NCBI GenBank assembly: GCA_036630325.1
Contig: CP142726.1
Span: 558,001-622,000, forward strand
Origin: Vairimorpha necatrix
Lineage: Eukaryota
Length of the DNA: 64,000 nt
Direction of reading: 5' to 3'
Part shown: positions 25,351 through 37,525 of the stretch, piece after piece
How the letters are laid out: every line of letters starts with the position of its first letter
Numbering within the stretch: the stretch's first letter is position 1
Made by a program: the position numbers and the translations under genes
Notes under the pieces: generated by a model
Seen by the model: the letters and a program-made list of their open reading frames with translations, nothing else
Told to the model about the DNA's origin: nothing
The model's database searches: none

Positions 25351-28300
25351 TGTGGTATCCCACATGTCAAACATATCATTTTTGACATTTCTTGATTTGT
25401 TTACCCTGTAAACAAACAAAAAAAAAACTATAAAAGAAAATTCCATACTTAGGGGTATGGAAGATAAGAGAAATAAACTATTTACTCAAAACTTATCTTT
25501 ATTGGAGTTGTACTTCCGCAGGAGGTACGACATATTGAATTCAATAAGAGAGTACAAATATAATGAACTCCCACCCACGCGAGGAAGAGAAATCGCAGGG
25601 CACAACTCCAAAATTCAAGAAACAAAAGTAGTCACCATAAGAATTAAGACAGGTGAAGTGGATCTAGGAATCACTAAGAATGTAGAACTGATCAACGACA
25701 TATTCGAAATCGATCTACTAGGATGGTTCAAAAAGATCGAAGAAATTTTTCAAAGGAACCAATGGAATGAAGAAACTAAAAGGCTCTTTTTATACGATCT
25801 TATAGAAGATCAGATTATAGATAAAACCAAATTGAAAGATGATTATGAAGAGAACAAAAAATACATCATGTCCAAAGTATTTTCACAGAAAAGGGTCGAG
25901 AACTTAATAGCAGAACTGAGTAATCTCAAACAGACTGACCACATCTTCTTCGACGACTATGTAAACGAAATCATGAATCGATTAACTATCTACAGTAAAG
26001 TATCTAACTGTAGCATGAAAGAATACGAACGAAGATCAAAGGAATCTCTATACAGAGGACTAGGCTTAGAAACAGTAAGATATCTCGAGGAACAAAACCT
26101 CGAAACACTACCTGAAATCATACCAGCTCTAAAAAGAATTGAAGAAAACATAATAACAAGATTTAACATACCGAGAAAGCTAAATAACACCTCAGGTATA
26201 AGATTCATGAAAAAATGGTGTAAAGTCCACAAAACTTTGGGACATACAACGAGAGACTGCGGGCAAAGCAATGAAACAAATCGATCGAATATGAGCAAAG
26301 TAAAACACGAAAAATTCAACAACTACAAAAAGACAGTAGTTCCCGATACCAATCAAAATTTAAAAAATACAACGAGAAAGACTTCAGAGCCCAGGGAAAA
26401 TAAAAACTCTTTAAACTATGTTATTTTAGAAAATCCTAACATTGTCGAACAACTCGATATCCCACTCATAATCAACACAAAACATGAGTCAACAGGAACT
26501 ATAGACTGCGGAGCAGGATTAAACTTTATAAAAGCAGACCTCGTAGAACAATGGAACATCACCACTAGAGAAAACAAAGAGATCCAGGTAATGTTCGGTA
26601 ATAAATCTAGTGAAAAAACTAACACTACAATAGAACTCGACTTAAAATTAAAGGATCAAAACGAGACATGCAAGATTGAATTTTACTTATTAAAAAACCT
26701 ACCAGTCAATATTATACTTGGTAGAGATTTCATATCGAGAAACGATATTATATTAGATTTTACAAGAAAGAAAATAATCTGGAACAACGCAACCGTAAAT
26801 ATGAAAACAAATGCAGAAGAAACAGAATTCGAAAAACCCCCAGGAAAAATACTTATCACTAAGGAAGAAGAAAGACTTAGGGAAATTATAGATAATTATA
26901 AAAGAGAAATCAAAGAAAATTGTCCTATAAACACAGATCACGTTAAATTACAAGTTTCAAACAACGACATAAAATGTAAGAAAATTAACTATGCCGTACC
27001 ATCAAACTTTAAAGAAGATGCAATAGCCGAAATACAACGACTTATAACCGCTGACATAATAGAAGAATGTAATGAAAGATACACAAGTCCCGCATTTTTT
27101 AAGAAAAAGAAAAATGGGAAAATGAGATTAATAGTAGACTATAGAGAAATAAATAACTTTGTTGAAGATGAAGTGGAAATAATACCCAAAATGGACGATA
27201 TTATTTATCAACTTGGTAAAAGCGAAGTAATAAGCAAATTAGACTTGACAAACGGGTTTAATCAATTACTCCTAGCAAAAGATAGCAGAAAATGGACAGC
27301 ATTTTCGATATTTGGTAAAACATTCAGGTACAAAAGACTTCCTTTTGGATTAAAAAATGGACCAAAAGCTTTTCAGAAAATCATGAACAAAATACTTTTC
27401 GGGATAAATAACATTTCAGTATATATAGACGACATAATAATTGCCACAAAGGACTACGAATCACACCTCAATACGCTTAAAGAACTGTTCACAAGATTGA
27501 AACATTACAATGTAAATGTAAATTTCGCAAAATCAGAGTTTTGCACAAAGGACACCGAAATCCTAGGAACAAGAATTTTTAACGGAAAAATGTACCCTCT
27601 CACGAAAGACTGTAAACTAACAGAAAACATGAAATGCCACACTAAAAAAGACCTGCAAAAAATAATTGGCATATTTAATTGGTACAGAAAATACATTCCA
27701 AACTTAAGTCTAGAAATTCTAAGCTTAACCGAAAAGCTAAAAGGAAACGAAAAAAAAGTCAAGCTAACAAAAGAAGACAATCTAATAATAAACAAATTAA
27801 TAAGTACACTAAAGAACAATAGCCACCTAGTACTGCCAGACTACAGTAAAAAATTTACACTACATTGCGACGCCTCTGAACTAGGAATGGGCGCAGTACT
27901 ATCACAAGAACACGGAATAATTTTAAATATAAGCATGAAATTTAATAAAACAGAAAGAAATTATACAATAGTGGAAAAAGAATACTTTGCAATAGTATAC
28001 GCGATGGATAAGTGCAGAAACATAGTACTCGGAAATTACGTCGAAATCTATACAGATAACAGGAATTGTCTATTTAAAAGCAAAATAAGCAGAAGAATAG
28101 AAAGATGGGACGCGATGATGATAGAGCACAATTACTGCATAAAACAAATCGCAGGAGAGAATAACTCAGTAGCTGACTACCTATCAAGATGTTTTAAAAT
28201 AGAAAATGTCAGACATGGAAATAACCTTACGAATATAATAGAACAATATGTAGAAAAAATATCAGACGATAAATCCGGAAAGGAAAACTGGGAAAGAAAT

Positions 28301-29450
28301 AAAGATGACAAAATAATGATCAAAAACACCGAAGCAGAAAATTTTCTAACAAAAATACATGAACTAGCCGGCCACCCAGGAATCGTAGTATTAAACAAGA
28401 ATCTCTCTCCTTTCTACAACATAATTGGATTAAAGAACAAAATAATAGCAATAACAAAAAATTGCAGAATGTGTAACTTAAATAAGAAAGAGAAAGTCAA
28501 AACTCAGAAATTACAGATCGAATCTGATAAAATTTACGGAACAATAGCCATGGACATATTTGGACCATTTGAACTTGAAAATTTTGAACATGATACAATC
28601 CATTATAAGGCTTATTACCTTTGCATAACAGACGTTTACTCAAGAATTTCAAGGGTATACCTTCTATATAACATAACGGAAGATACAATAATAAAATGTA
28701 TAGATAAATGGATACAAGAATTTCAACAGCCAGAAAAAATTATCATGGACAATGGCACACAATTTACCGGAGAAAAACTCAGAGAAAAATATGAGAAAAG
28801 TAGAGGAATTAAACTCGTTAACACTCCAATATACCATCCACAAAGCAACGGAATGGCAGAAAGGCAAAACAGTATAATAGCTGAATGTCTAAGGATAAAC
28901 AAGCTAAATAACATCAACGACATAACAAATAAAATTAACATTAAACTTAACGTAAATTACAAAAGAACTATTGGATGTTCTCCATTCGAATTAGAGAAAC
29001 AATACAGCTTTTTTGACCCATTCAGACGACAAAGCAACCTAAAGGAACCAAAATACAAATCAGTTCCAGCCACACTGAACCAGAATAACGATAAAAAATT
29101 AAAAATAAATGATAAAGTATTTGTAAGAGATTTCAAAGCTGGGAAAATGGATGAACAATATAAAGGACCCTGTACGATCAAAGAGGTTGGGAAGAAAGGA
29201 AACTGGGTTAAAGTAGAAGAAGGAGGCAACTGGATCCACATAAAGGACATTAAAAGAAGAGGGTAGGATGTGGTATCCCACATGTCAAACATATCATTTT
29301 TGACATTTCTTGATTTGTTTACCCTGTAAACAAACAAAAAAAAAACTATAAAAGAAAATTCCATACTTAGGGGTATGGAAGATAAGAGAAATAAACTATT
29401 TACTCAAAACTTATCTTTATTGGAGTTGTACTTCCGCAGGAGGTACGACA
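25351..29450 (+). mobile_element. Intact, young Ty3/Gypsy LTR retrotransposon
   Basis: Identical 182-bp LTRs (25351-25532, 29269-29450); TSD ATATC; PPT AAAAGAAGAGGGTAGGA; empty site in left arm at 19362-19366. Confidence 0.98.
25457..29266 (+). CDS. Gag-Pol polyprotein, 1269 aa (CHHC knuckle, protease, RT, RNase H, integrase)
   Basis: CKVHKTLGHTTRDC, IDCGAG, LPFGLKNGP..YIDD, CDAS, HHCC, MDNGTQF..SNGMAER and GPC motifs in one open frame. Confidence 0.97.
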   Translation: MEDKRNKLFTQNLSLLELYFRRRYDILNSIREYKYNELPPTRGREIAGHNSKIQETKVVTIRIKTGEVDLGITKNVELINDIFEIDLLGWFKKIEEIFQRNQWNEETKRLFLYDLIEDQIIDKTKLKDDYEENKKYIMSKVFSQKRVENLIAELSNLKQTDHIFFDDYVNEIMNRLTIYSKVSNCSMKEYERRSKESLYRGLGLETVRYLEEQNLETLPEIIPALKRIEENIITRFNIPRKLNNTSGIRFMKKWCKVHKTLGHTTRDCGQSNETNRSNMSKVKHEKFNNYKKTVVPDTNQNLKNTTRKTSEPRENKNSLNYVILENPNIVEQLDIPLIINTKHESTGTIDCGAGLNFIKADLVEQWNITTRENKEIQVMFGNKSSEKTNTTIELDLKLKDQNETCKIEFYLLKNLPVNIILGRDFISRNDIILDFTRKKIIWNNATVNMKTNAEETEFEKPPGKILITKEEERLREIIDNYKREIKENCPINTDHVKLQVSNNDIKCKKINYAVPSNFKEDAIAEIQRLITADIIEECNERYTSPAFFKKKKNGKMRLIVDYREINNFVEDEVEIIPKMDDIIYQLGKSEVISKLDLTNGFNQLLLAKDSRKWTAFSIFGKTFRYKRLPFGLKNGPKAFQKIMNKILFGINNISVYIDDIIIATKDYESHLNTLKELFTRLKHYNVNVNFAKSEFCTKDTEILGTRIFNGKMYPLTKDCKLTENMKCHTKKDLQKIIGIFNWYRKYIPNLSLEILSLTEKLKGNEKKVKLTKEDNLIINKLISTLKNNSHLVLPDYSKKFTLHCDASELGMGAVLSQEHGIILNISMKFNKTERNYTIVEKEYFAIVYAMDKCRNIVLGNYVEIYTDNRNCLFKSKISRRIERWDAMMIEHNYCIKQIAGENNSVADYLSRCFKIENVRHGNNLTNIIEQYVEKISDDKSGKENWERNKDDKIMIKNTEAENFLTKIHELAGHPGIVVLNKNLSPFYNIIGLKNKIIAITKNCRMCNLNKKEKVKTQKLQIESDKIYGTIAMDIFGPFELENFEHDTIHYKAYYLCITDVYSRISRVYLLYNITEDTIIKCIDKWIQEFQQPEKIIMDNGTQFTGEKLREKYEKSRGIKLVNTPIYHPQSNGMAERQNSIIAECLRINKLNNINDITNKINIKLNVNYKRTIGCSPFELEKQYSFFDPFRRQSNLKEPKYKSVPATLNQNNDKKLKINDKVFVRDFKAGKMDEQYKGPCTIKEVGKKGNWVKVEEGGNWIHIKDIKRRG

Positions 29451-29976
29451 ATATCTAAATCTTAATTCAATGACATTTATATATACATATAAGTTTTATG
29501 TTGTTTCTAGAGTTTCCTCTTCCTTTCCTTTTTTTAAAAAGGGGCTATTTTTTAAGAAATTTGACCCCTGTAATTTTTTTTACACTACACTGATTTTTGA
29601 CGCTCTTATTTTAGATTTATGCCTTTGCATTGTCCCTACAGTATCATGTTTTTATTATATATAACAATTATTTATAAATTTTACATATTGTCTATTATGT
29701 ATTTATCTTGTTTATAACATATAATTATTGTTGAAAAGAGTAGATGGGAAAGGACAAAATTACATATTTATTGAGAAACTTTTCTTTTTATATCTGTGTT
29801 TGAGACAATGATTTGTGATAACCAGGTCGGTCTGGACTAGTTTGTAACGAAAAGTTTGATATATGATAAAGAGTAATGATTTGTAACTAGGGTTAGAAAA
29901 ATTATAATTTACTTTAAAAAATAAACATTACGAACAGTCTTTAATATGGTGTATAAATATTATAGGACAATGTTTA

Positions 29977-30248
29977 TGTCATGTCCTCAAAACCATGACA
30001 TCTGTGTTGTACTGTGTTAAAACTTTAATCAGTAAAACACTGCTCCGAACGAATAGTCAAAGGCGATGATCTCTAAAGATCAGACATGAAACGTTATGTT
30101 TCATAAATAATATAAATAGTCCGAAAAGGTTAGAAAACACTGAGCATGAAGAATAACACTTAAAACAGATCAAACATAAATAAATGTAAAATAATACAAA
30201 TATTTTAGAAATGTATTATAAAACGGAGATATTACTATGTATATGTCA
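29977..30248. mobile_element. Solo LTR, right-arm specific
   Basis: TG...CA ends; TSD GTTTA; empty site at ~18842-18847. Confidence 0.85.
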
Positions 30249-30965
30249 GTTTACTTTTCTAGATTTAGTAATACAATAAGATACCGTTGACCAATAAAAA
30301 TATGATCAATAAAAAAAATTAAATGATCAATTTATTATCAATCATAGAAAATTACTAAAAATATTTGTAACTTTAAAATGGGCACTAAGTCGTGTTTCAT
30401 AAAATAGAAATTTTTTTTTAAAAAAATTTTAATATTGCTTTTATATTTTGTTATTATATCAAAACAGTTCTTGCGAAACAAAGAATTTTTTATAATTTAA
30501 ATGACTTCCTAGATTGAATGATCCAGAATGGATCTTTATGAAGCCCCTGATATAGTTAAAAGAGAATTTTCAAGGTCAGTAGAATTAAATTCATTTGCAT
30601 GTATAATTATATGGCATAAGTAAAACATCACAAAATATACTTTTAGTATGTTTTACAACAATCAATATTAGTTTATATAATATCTACATTGTGAAGAGTG
30701 AAAAAAACGAATTCTTATAATGAATAAATTATATATCAGAGTATTAATCAAAAAGTTGATTTTTTGCATTAAATTTATGTTTTAACACACAAGCATTAAA
30801 TGTATGATAAAAGCATAAAAGTTATAATATTGCATATTTAACACTTATAAAAAATACTAAAATTTTTAATGTGATTGGTATTTAAAAAATATGCCTTACT
30901 AATATATAAGGAGTGACCCCTTTTCTCCTTTTTTACATAAAAATAAAAAAAATATTGAAAATACT

Positions 30966-31813
30966 ATGTCTAGTAGAGAATCAGACAAATGGATGAAATC
31001 AGATAATCTGGAGAAACGGCAGACGATGTTTTTGCTAAAGACAGATCTAGTTCTGATTGTGATATTAGAAATGAAAAAAATGTCAATAAGTCTTATCAAA
31101 ACCATGAAAATGGTAACCAGAAAAGGGCTCCACCATACGGCTATTCACATGAAGGAAGCCAAAAAACAGGTCTAGATTACTTAAGAGAAATAGCAGAAGA
31201 AGAAAGTTCTAAACTTAAAAAAAGCAAAGTGCCTTTAGAATATTTAGAAGGAGCACAAAAAGAATATAATAAGCTAAAAGATTCTTGGGGCGGAAAAGAT
31301 ATATTAGAAGAAGAATGGATTAAGATTCGAGGCAAAATTATACAAAAATTGAGAAAAATGAAAATAGATCAAATAAGTAGGGATCTAACCAGTTTTAGAT
31401 AACAAAATACTTCTGCCATACAGATAAGCATGTCTCGGAAGAAAAACCAAGAAAGAAAAGGGAAGGTGTAGCACGTTTAGAAGACGATGTCTCATTAGAC
31501 AGTGTAGACGAGGATAACCAGGCAGAATTGGCAACAACAGAGGAAAAATTTATAAGAAGCTATTCAGAATTCCCAAACAGCATGTTTGCTACCGTAGATA
31601 GAAATGGAGTAAAAATGTTTTGTTGTGCGAAAGCCGATTGCGATGTGGAGTTTCGAACAATAAGTCAAATAAAAAGACACTACTTAATTCACACTGATCT
31701 TAAACCAATTAAATGTAAATGATCAAAATATAAAAAGCTATTTGGAAGACAAGACAATATGCTTTACCATTATCGTAATAATTGCAAATATAGAAAAATA
31801 GGCAATTCAATAA
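30966..31813 (+). pseudogene. C2H2 zinc-finger protein pseudogene, right copy
   Basis: Near-identical reverse complement of 17282-18129; shares the stops checked near the finger region. Confidence 0.8.
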
Positions 31814-33176
31814 TACACAATGAAGAGTTGACTCCAGTCAATAAGCTCTATTTTTTCAAATAAAATTATATACTTATATCATATGTTACACAGTAAACAT
31901 AATATTGAATGCGGTACAGAATAAAGTTGGTTTTTAAGCATAAAACAGGCTTGACATGAAAATTGTTGTAATATATTTTAATATATTCACAAGTTCAATT
32001 GACGTCAACTAAGACTAAAGTAGATTTAACAACTATTGATCCTGTGCAACATTTATCTATCAGTGAAGGTATTTATACACACATTAACGATCTTAGAAGA
32101 AATGGCAAACATCAGATATCTATAAAAGGCTGGTAATATGTCAATCTCATATATTTCAGGTACACAACTTAGAAATATTCTTATGAATTTTGAAAGGTAT
32201 ATAATAACTCGAAGACTATATGAAAACAGTCTTTAATACCATTTAATAATTTAATCCTTATATAATGATATTAGAACTGGGCATTACCCTTAGAATAAAA
32301 AGACTTTTTCATTAAGACTCTAAAATTACAAATATTATCACAATTCAATAAATTTTCACAACTTTACTATAGATGTAAACAGGTTGATTGGTTATGCAAT
32401 CGGTATAATATGCAAGTCCTTTAATCCGCGTAATACTTTAAAGTTACACATTTGTTTTTTTTTTATCACTTTAATTAAATTTCCTCCCAAGAAGGTCGTC
32501 ATAATTAATAATTATGACGAGGAGATTGAACAATATTAATAGTTATTTTCCAATGTAAAAAATATTATAATTATTTTGACGTAATTATAATGCCAACTCA
32601 GGAAAGATGAAGTTTTTGTGGTATCCCGGGGAAGCCCTCCCGGTAATAAAGTACCACTCTAAAATAGAATTAATATATTTATTTTTATTCTTAAATGCCC
32701 CTTTGGACTCTCTAATAGCTCTTTTGTCGCTATCCCCAAACACTCCTTGTGTTCGTCTCTCCATCATCTTTCTGTACCCTTCCTTTCTAGAATTTTATTT
32801 ATAGTAAAAAAAATTCTAGAAAATTCAATGATTGATTTGACAGGGGGAAATAAAATTAAATGTTGTAGAATCGTAGTCTACAACAGTTTTATTAAGTTAA
32901 TCGTTTTTGGGGTTGTTGTGCATTTTTCCTTTCGTTTTTTTAGGGGGTCTGGTCTTGGTCGAGGCCTTTCCGTGGTCTTAAATCCCAAAGGTAATTTTAG
33001 TTGTTTATTTCTTTGTCTAGCATTGTATTGTATGGGGTAAATAATAAATAAATTTAAATACTTAATTTTTGGAATAGACCATTCGACCGGTCGAATGGGC
33101 CCTTTTAAAAATAGAAATCATAAATTAGATAAAAAATAATTTTGTGGTGTTTATAATACCACTTTAACTTCTCGAA

Positions 33177-34916
33177 GGGTTGGTGGAAAAGTCCGCCAAA
33201 ATATAAAAGAAAATTTGAAAAAAAATAGCCCTTAAAAATGAATTTCGAAACGGACAAACAGCATCAGGAAGAAACACCATAAACTAGAATCACAAATTTA
33301 TAATAATATAATACGAATAAATAATTATTTGACATATAACAAATGTATTAACCCTTCATATACAATTTTTAGACATTAAACTATTATTTGGATTTTTATA
33401 AAATTATGTTCATCCAATAATTTTTCGATACCCTCTTAATATGGAAAATGAAAGAAGATTACAAGAACAGAAAAAAAGACCTGTTGATATAAAAGACATA
33501 AAAAATAAACATATGAAATTATACAAAGGATACAAATACTATATGAATACACTGGGGCTTCTTTTATAAAATGGTCTTGTTTTTTAAAAAATTGTAATAG
33601 AAGTATACGCATGAACATTATAACAAATGAAGTATGTAATTATCAAGATCATAATCATGAGGAATTAAATAATTCACAAATTAAAAGCTTATTTCTAAAT
33701 GAAGATATAAAAAGAGATAGCCTCACAAGCAGAAAAACTAAGAATGAAATTGTATGTGCGACAACATCAATGCTTGATGATTCAGAAAGACAGTTACTTC
33801 CAAGTATACGTAACATAAAGAAAAGAATTAGAAATATTCAATATTTAACTCAAAATTTTAGCTATTCTAATAATTATGATATTCCAAATGAGCTACTAAT
33901 GACACGATCTGGACTTAAATTTGTACAGTATGATAATTATTTTAGCACCAAAGAGAGAATAATAGCATGCTGGTCTGATAAAAATTTAAACAACGCCATG
34001 AATAAGAAAGTCTTTGCAGTTGATGGGACATTTTACTCGTCGCCTCTAGCCCTTTTCAACTTTTGTAGTATTTTTTGTAGATGAATATACTTACATTCCT
34101 TTTGCTTATTTTCTATTACCTAATAAAAAATTTGAATCGTATGTGGAAGCTTTTAAAATGCTATTTAATTTAGCAAATGTGAGAAAAATGGAAAATATGA
34201 TAATAGATGGTGAGTTGACTATACATAAGGCATTGCATAGTGTATATCCAGGCACTAGAATAAGATTTTGTGTCTTTCATTATTCACAGGCGGTTTTTAA
34301 AAAATTTAAATCTTTGGGATTTTCTAAATTATACAAGGATGATAGGATTATAAGATTTTATATCAAATGTTTGCTTTGTTCAATATTCATTATTGAAGAA
34401 AAAAAAATATATTACATTTAAATATTTAGTTAGGTTTATATGTCGCGATTATAGTGGACATGCAATTAAAGATTTTCTTAACTATTATATAACGAATTGG
34501 TTAAATAAAGACTTTTTTCGTTATAACGATATGAAAGAAAGAATAGAATATGATATACCATTTACAAATAATTGAGCGGAAGGTTTTAATTCTTCATTAA
34601 AAAGAGAATTGAGATCACCACATCCAAGTTTAACTGAGCTTTTAATGTGTTTTAGAATCGTGATTTTTTAAATTAAATATACAAACATAATATTAAAAGC
34701 AAGAAAAACAATTCTATAACAAAGACCAGACATTCAAAAATAATAATAAAAATAGAAGATTTAAAAGACAATTGTTTGGAAGTTTTAAAAGAAATTACAT
34801 CTCTATATAACTTTAAATATGATATTTTACAATAAATTTGATCATTTTGATTTCTCCTTTTAAGGGCTATTTTTTTCAAATTTTCTTTTCCATTTTGGCG
34901 GACTTTTCTCCTTACG
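33177..34916 (+). mobile_element. MULE transposon (second family), fragmented
   Basis: TIRs ..GAAAAGTCCGCCAAAAT..GCCCTTAAAA; VDGTF, IIDGE, FCVFHY and TNN*AEGFN motifs. Confidence 0.9.
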
Positions 34917-36345
34917 GTATTATTTCTTTTTGTTTATTCTTATGATTGTATCTATTATTCTTTAGTACCTTTATAATTGTTCTAATGTCAACAATCTCTT
35001 TTATTGTTGAAAACTCTTGTGCACACTACAATAAGAATTCCTTGATTTTCCAAATTTTTCTTGTTTCATATGGTATATTCCCATTATCCTTTTGTCTTCC
35101 TAATTGGACAAAAATTGTAAATTCTAAATTCTTTAGATGGGCAATTATTTATGAAAATACCATGTAATAACCTCATTCCTGCATTGTTCCAACCCTGTCT
35201 GCTACCAGTCCTTTAAAAAATACCTCTGAAAATTTTCTCATGATTTTTTGTTTAGTAAATTTTTTTGGAAAACTGTAGACCTCTAACTTTTGAAAAATGA
35301 ATTCACATAATCTTCCATGTATGCGTGGTTGTACTGCTTAACATCTTTGAGCTCCTGTGCAATTCCGAATCTCATGTTTCTGGGGGTAGGAAATTTCTGG
35401 TAATGCCGCTCTTGATTTCAAATATGATTTATTAGACTTTGCGTTTAAAAACTGATCGCCAACTAACATAGTTCCATAATTTTTTTCCCTCTGTAAATTA
35501 TTCAAGACATTGTTCTATGCTAGATGATCAAATTTTTGTTATTCCAATATTAAATTTAATGGTTTTTATTTTTATAAACATTAAACGTCTGCTCCTGTGA
35601 TATTAGGGTCGAATTCTCTGTATTCGAACATGTAATTTCTTTTTTCTATCTTACAGAACTTTCCGGGGCATAAGATCCACCAATAGAAAAGACCATGGAT
35701 CTTATCTATTGATATAAAATATTTGAAATTCTTTTAAAAAATTTTTGAAACTTTACCCCATGAAAAAAAAAATCTTACACGCTAAAAGAAAAAGAAAGGA
35801 ATAGAAAAATTGCATGAAAACGGTGGCAACATTAGTATGACTACTTTCAAGTTGCAGATTACTTAGAAAAATAAAGGGTAATTTTTTTATATATAATTTT
35901 TTACCATTTGGGTATGGGGGGATCTCTTCTACTAGTATAAATTTTCCCATTTAAAAAGTCGTAAAATTAGACTTTTGGGATGGATCTTATAGCCCGGAAA
36001 CCCTGGTATTATTTAATTAGCCTTTAAATCCAAAATGACGCAATCCAGAGGAGCTACCTCTGAACAAATACACCCTATATAGTTTATCAGTTTATTAAGC
36101 TTAGGCCACGTTCTTCCTTTGTTACGGAAGTCTGGTCCCTGGCCGAAAAGCCCTTTCTTGGTCTTTCATTCCAAGGGGAATTGTAGTTGTCTGTTTCTTT
36201 GTCTAGCATTGTCTTGCATAGGATAAATAATTAATTTATTTAAATGCTTGATTTTTTGAATGGAACATTTGATCGGTTGAATTGTCCCTTGCAAAATCAG
36301 AAATTATAAAATAAATATAGACTAAAGATGTACATACTTTATCTT
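34917..36345 (-). mobile_element. Right-arm remnant (5' LTR and gag) of the decayed Gypsy; its 3' LTR is at ~32860-33172
   Basis: Reverse complement of ~9190-11010 without the miniature LTR element. Confidence 0.75.
35654..36006 (+). mobile_element. MITE/internal-deletion derivative of the pogo-like family
   Basis: TIRs ..TTTCCGGG..ATAAGATCC; TA flanks; both ends homologous to 54695-56222; absent from left arm (~9540). Confidence 0.85.
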
Positions 36346-36521
36346 TCCTCCGAGGGTGTTCACTTCTATTTTTCAAACCCCCCAAATCAAGTACAGAATA
36401 GCATGAGCTGGAAAGAGACAAAAATTACTAAGCTTTTATGATATAAAAAACAATAAACGAATATAGATTTATATACAAAAAAAATTTCAATCAAGTTATA
36501 ACAATCATATAAACTAGTAAG

Positions 36522-36855
36522 TGGCGTTTTTAACGGGGAGCTGCCGGTGGCAAGGAAGTATTCAATGATGCTACGGGTTAAGTGTTGTGAAACCCAGAGT
36601 TTAGATAGTTGGAAGGAAAAGATTGATTTGAAAAGAGTTTGGCTTATCTAAATCATAGAAGGAAGAGTGTTTGTTAGTGTTCGAGTGATGTAATATGCCG
36701 GAGATGGATTTTCTTTTTTATAGTAAGAGTAACCAATAGAAGCAAATGTGATATAACTAATTAAAAATAGCTGCATCATTGATCGTTCCGGCAAAGAATC
36801 GGCGTTAGTTTCCATTGGTTAAATTAGAAAATGTGGTGTAATACATTATACCACA
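36522..36855 (-). mobile_element. Solo LTR (same family as 8025-8373)
   Basis: TG...CA ends; TSD GTAAG; absent from left arm (~8760). Confidence 0.82.
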
Positions 36856-37525
36856 GTAAGCATTTTTTACCTTTCCGATTTTTTTATTTGTTTATTATAA
36901 GAAATGATTTTTTAAAGAAAATCTTCTTAAATAATAAACCAAAAAAAAATAGAAGTATCATAAATATACGAAAATTTAGGCAAATGTTTTACAATCCAGA
37001 CAGATTTTTTAATCAAAAAAAGGAAAATATTTTAATGTTTAAAGAAGCAGGTTTTGCGAGTGCTAATGCTTGCTTCTCCTTTTTGCGCTTCTTTTTAGGG
37101 TCTAAAACAAAGTAAACACCTTCTGAAGAGGGCGTTTTGGGTCCCAACAAAAAAATCGGAAAAGTAAAAAAATGATTACTAATCTATATGGTTGTAATAG
37201 CTTATTTTTAAGTATAAGTTTGTATATAAATGTATATTTATTTATTGCTTTTAAAATCATAAGTACTTGAAAATTCCGTCTCCTTCTAGCTCCTGCTTTT
37301 TGAAATTCATTTATGGGTTCGAAAAAATGAAATGAACAACCTTGTAGCGTGAGGTTTCGGATCTCACCTTTTAAATTTATTAAAGCTATTTAAAGTATCT
37401 CCATTGAGCAGAAAAAGTATAGTAAAAAAGGATATCATACGAAAACAAAGCAAAAATGATCATAATTTTATATTCAACAAAACATTTTTTTTACATTAGG
37501 AAATTTTTTACTGCTTTAAACACAG

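Larger units (their letters stand above)
24478..29603 (+). mobile_element. Old Merlin relic (right-arm copy), split by the intact Gypsy
   Basis: Mirror of 19214-20233; ORF 24947-25168. Confidence 0.7.
22947..37097 (-). repeat. Right arm of large inverted duplication
   Basis: Reverse complement of 5902-21935 with its own insertions and a deletion corresponding to left-arm ~11010-14790. Outer boundary approximate. Confidence 0.93.

Noticed and set aside
25990-29364. Antisense ORFs over the Gypsy polyprotein and other short F/L/I-rich ORFs
   Set aside because: Shadow frames of A-rich coding strands or chance ORFs in AT-rich DNA; no motifs.
31377-31398. 22-nt spliceosomal intron (GTAGGG..CTAAC..TTAG) rescuing the zinc-finger gene
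   Set aside because: Removal does not join the upstream open frame to the finger frame, and the TGA at 31720-31722 would remain.
8025-36855. 8025-8373 and 36522-36855 as matching arm segments
   Set aside because: Different TSDs (GTTCT vs GTAAG) and different insertion sites; they are independent solo LTRs at similar positions.
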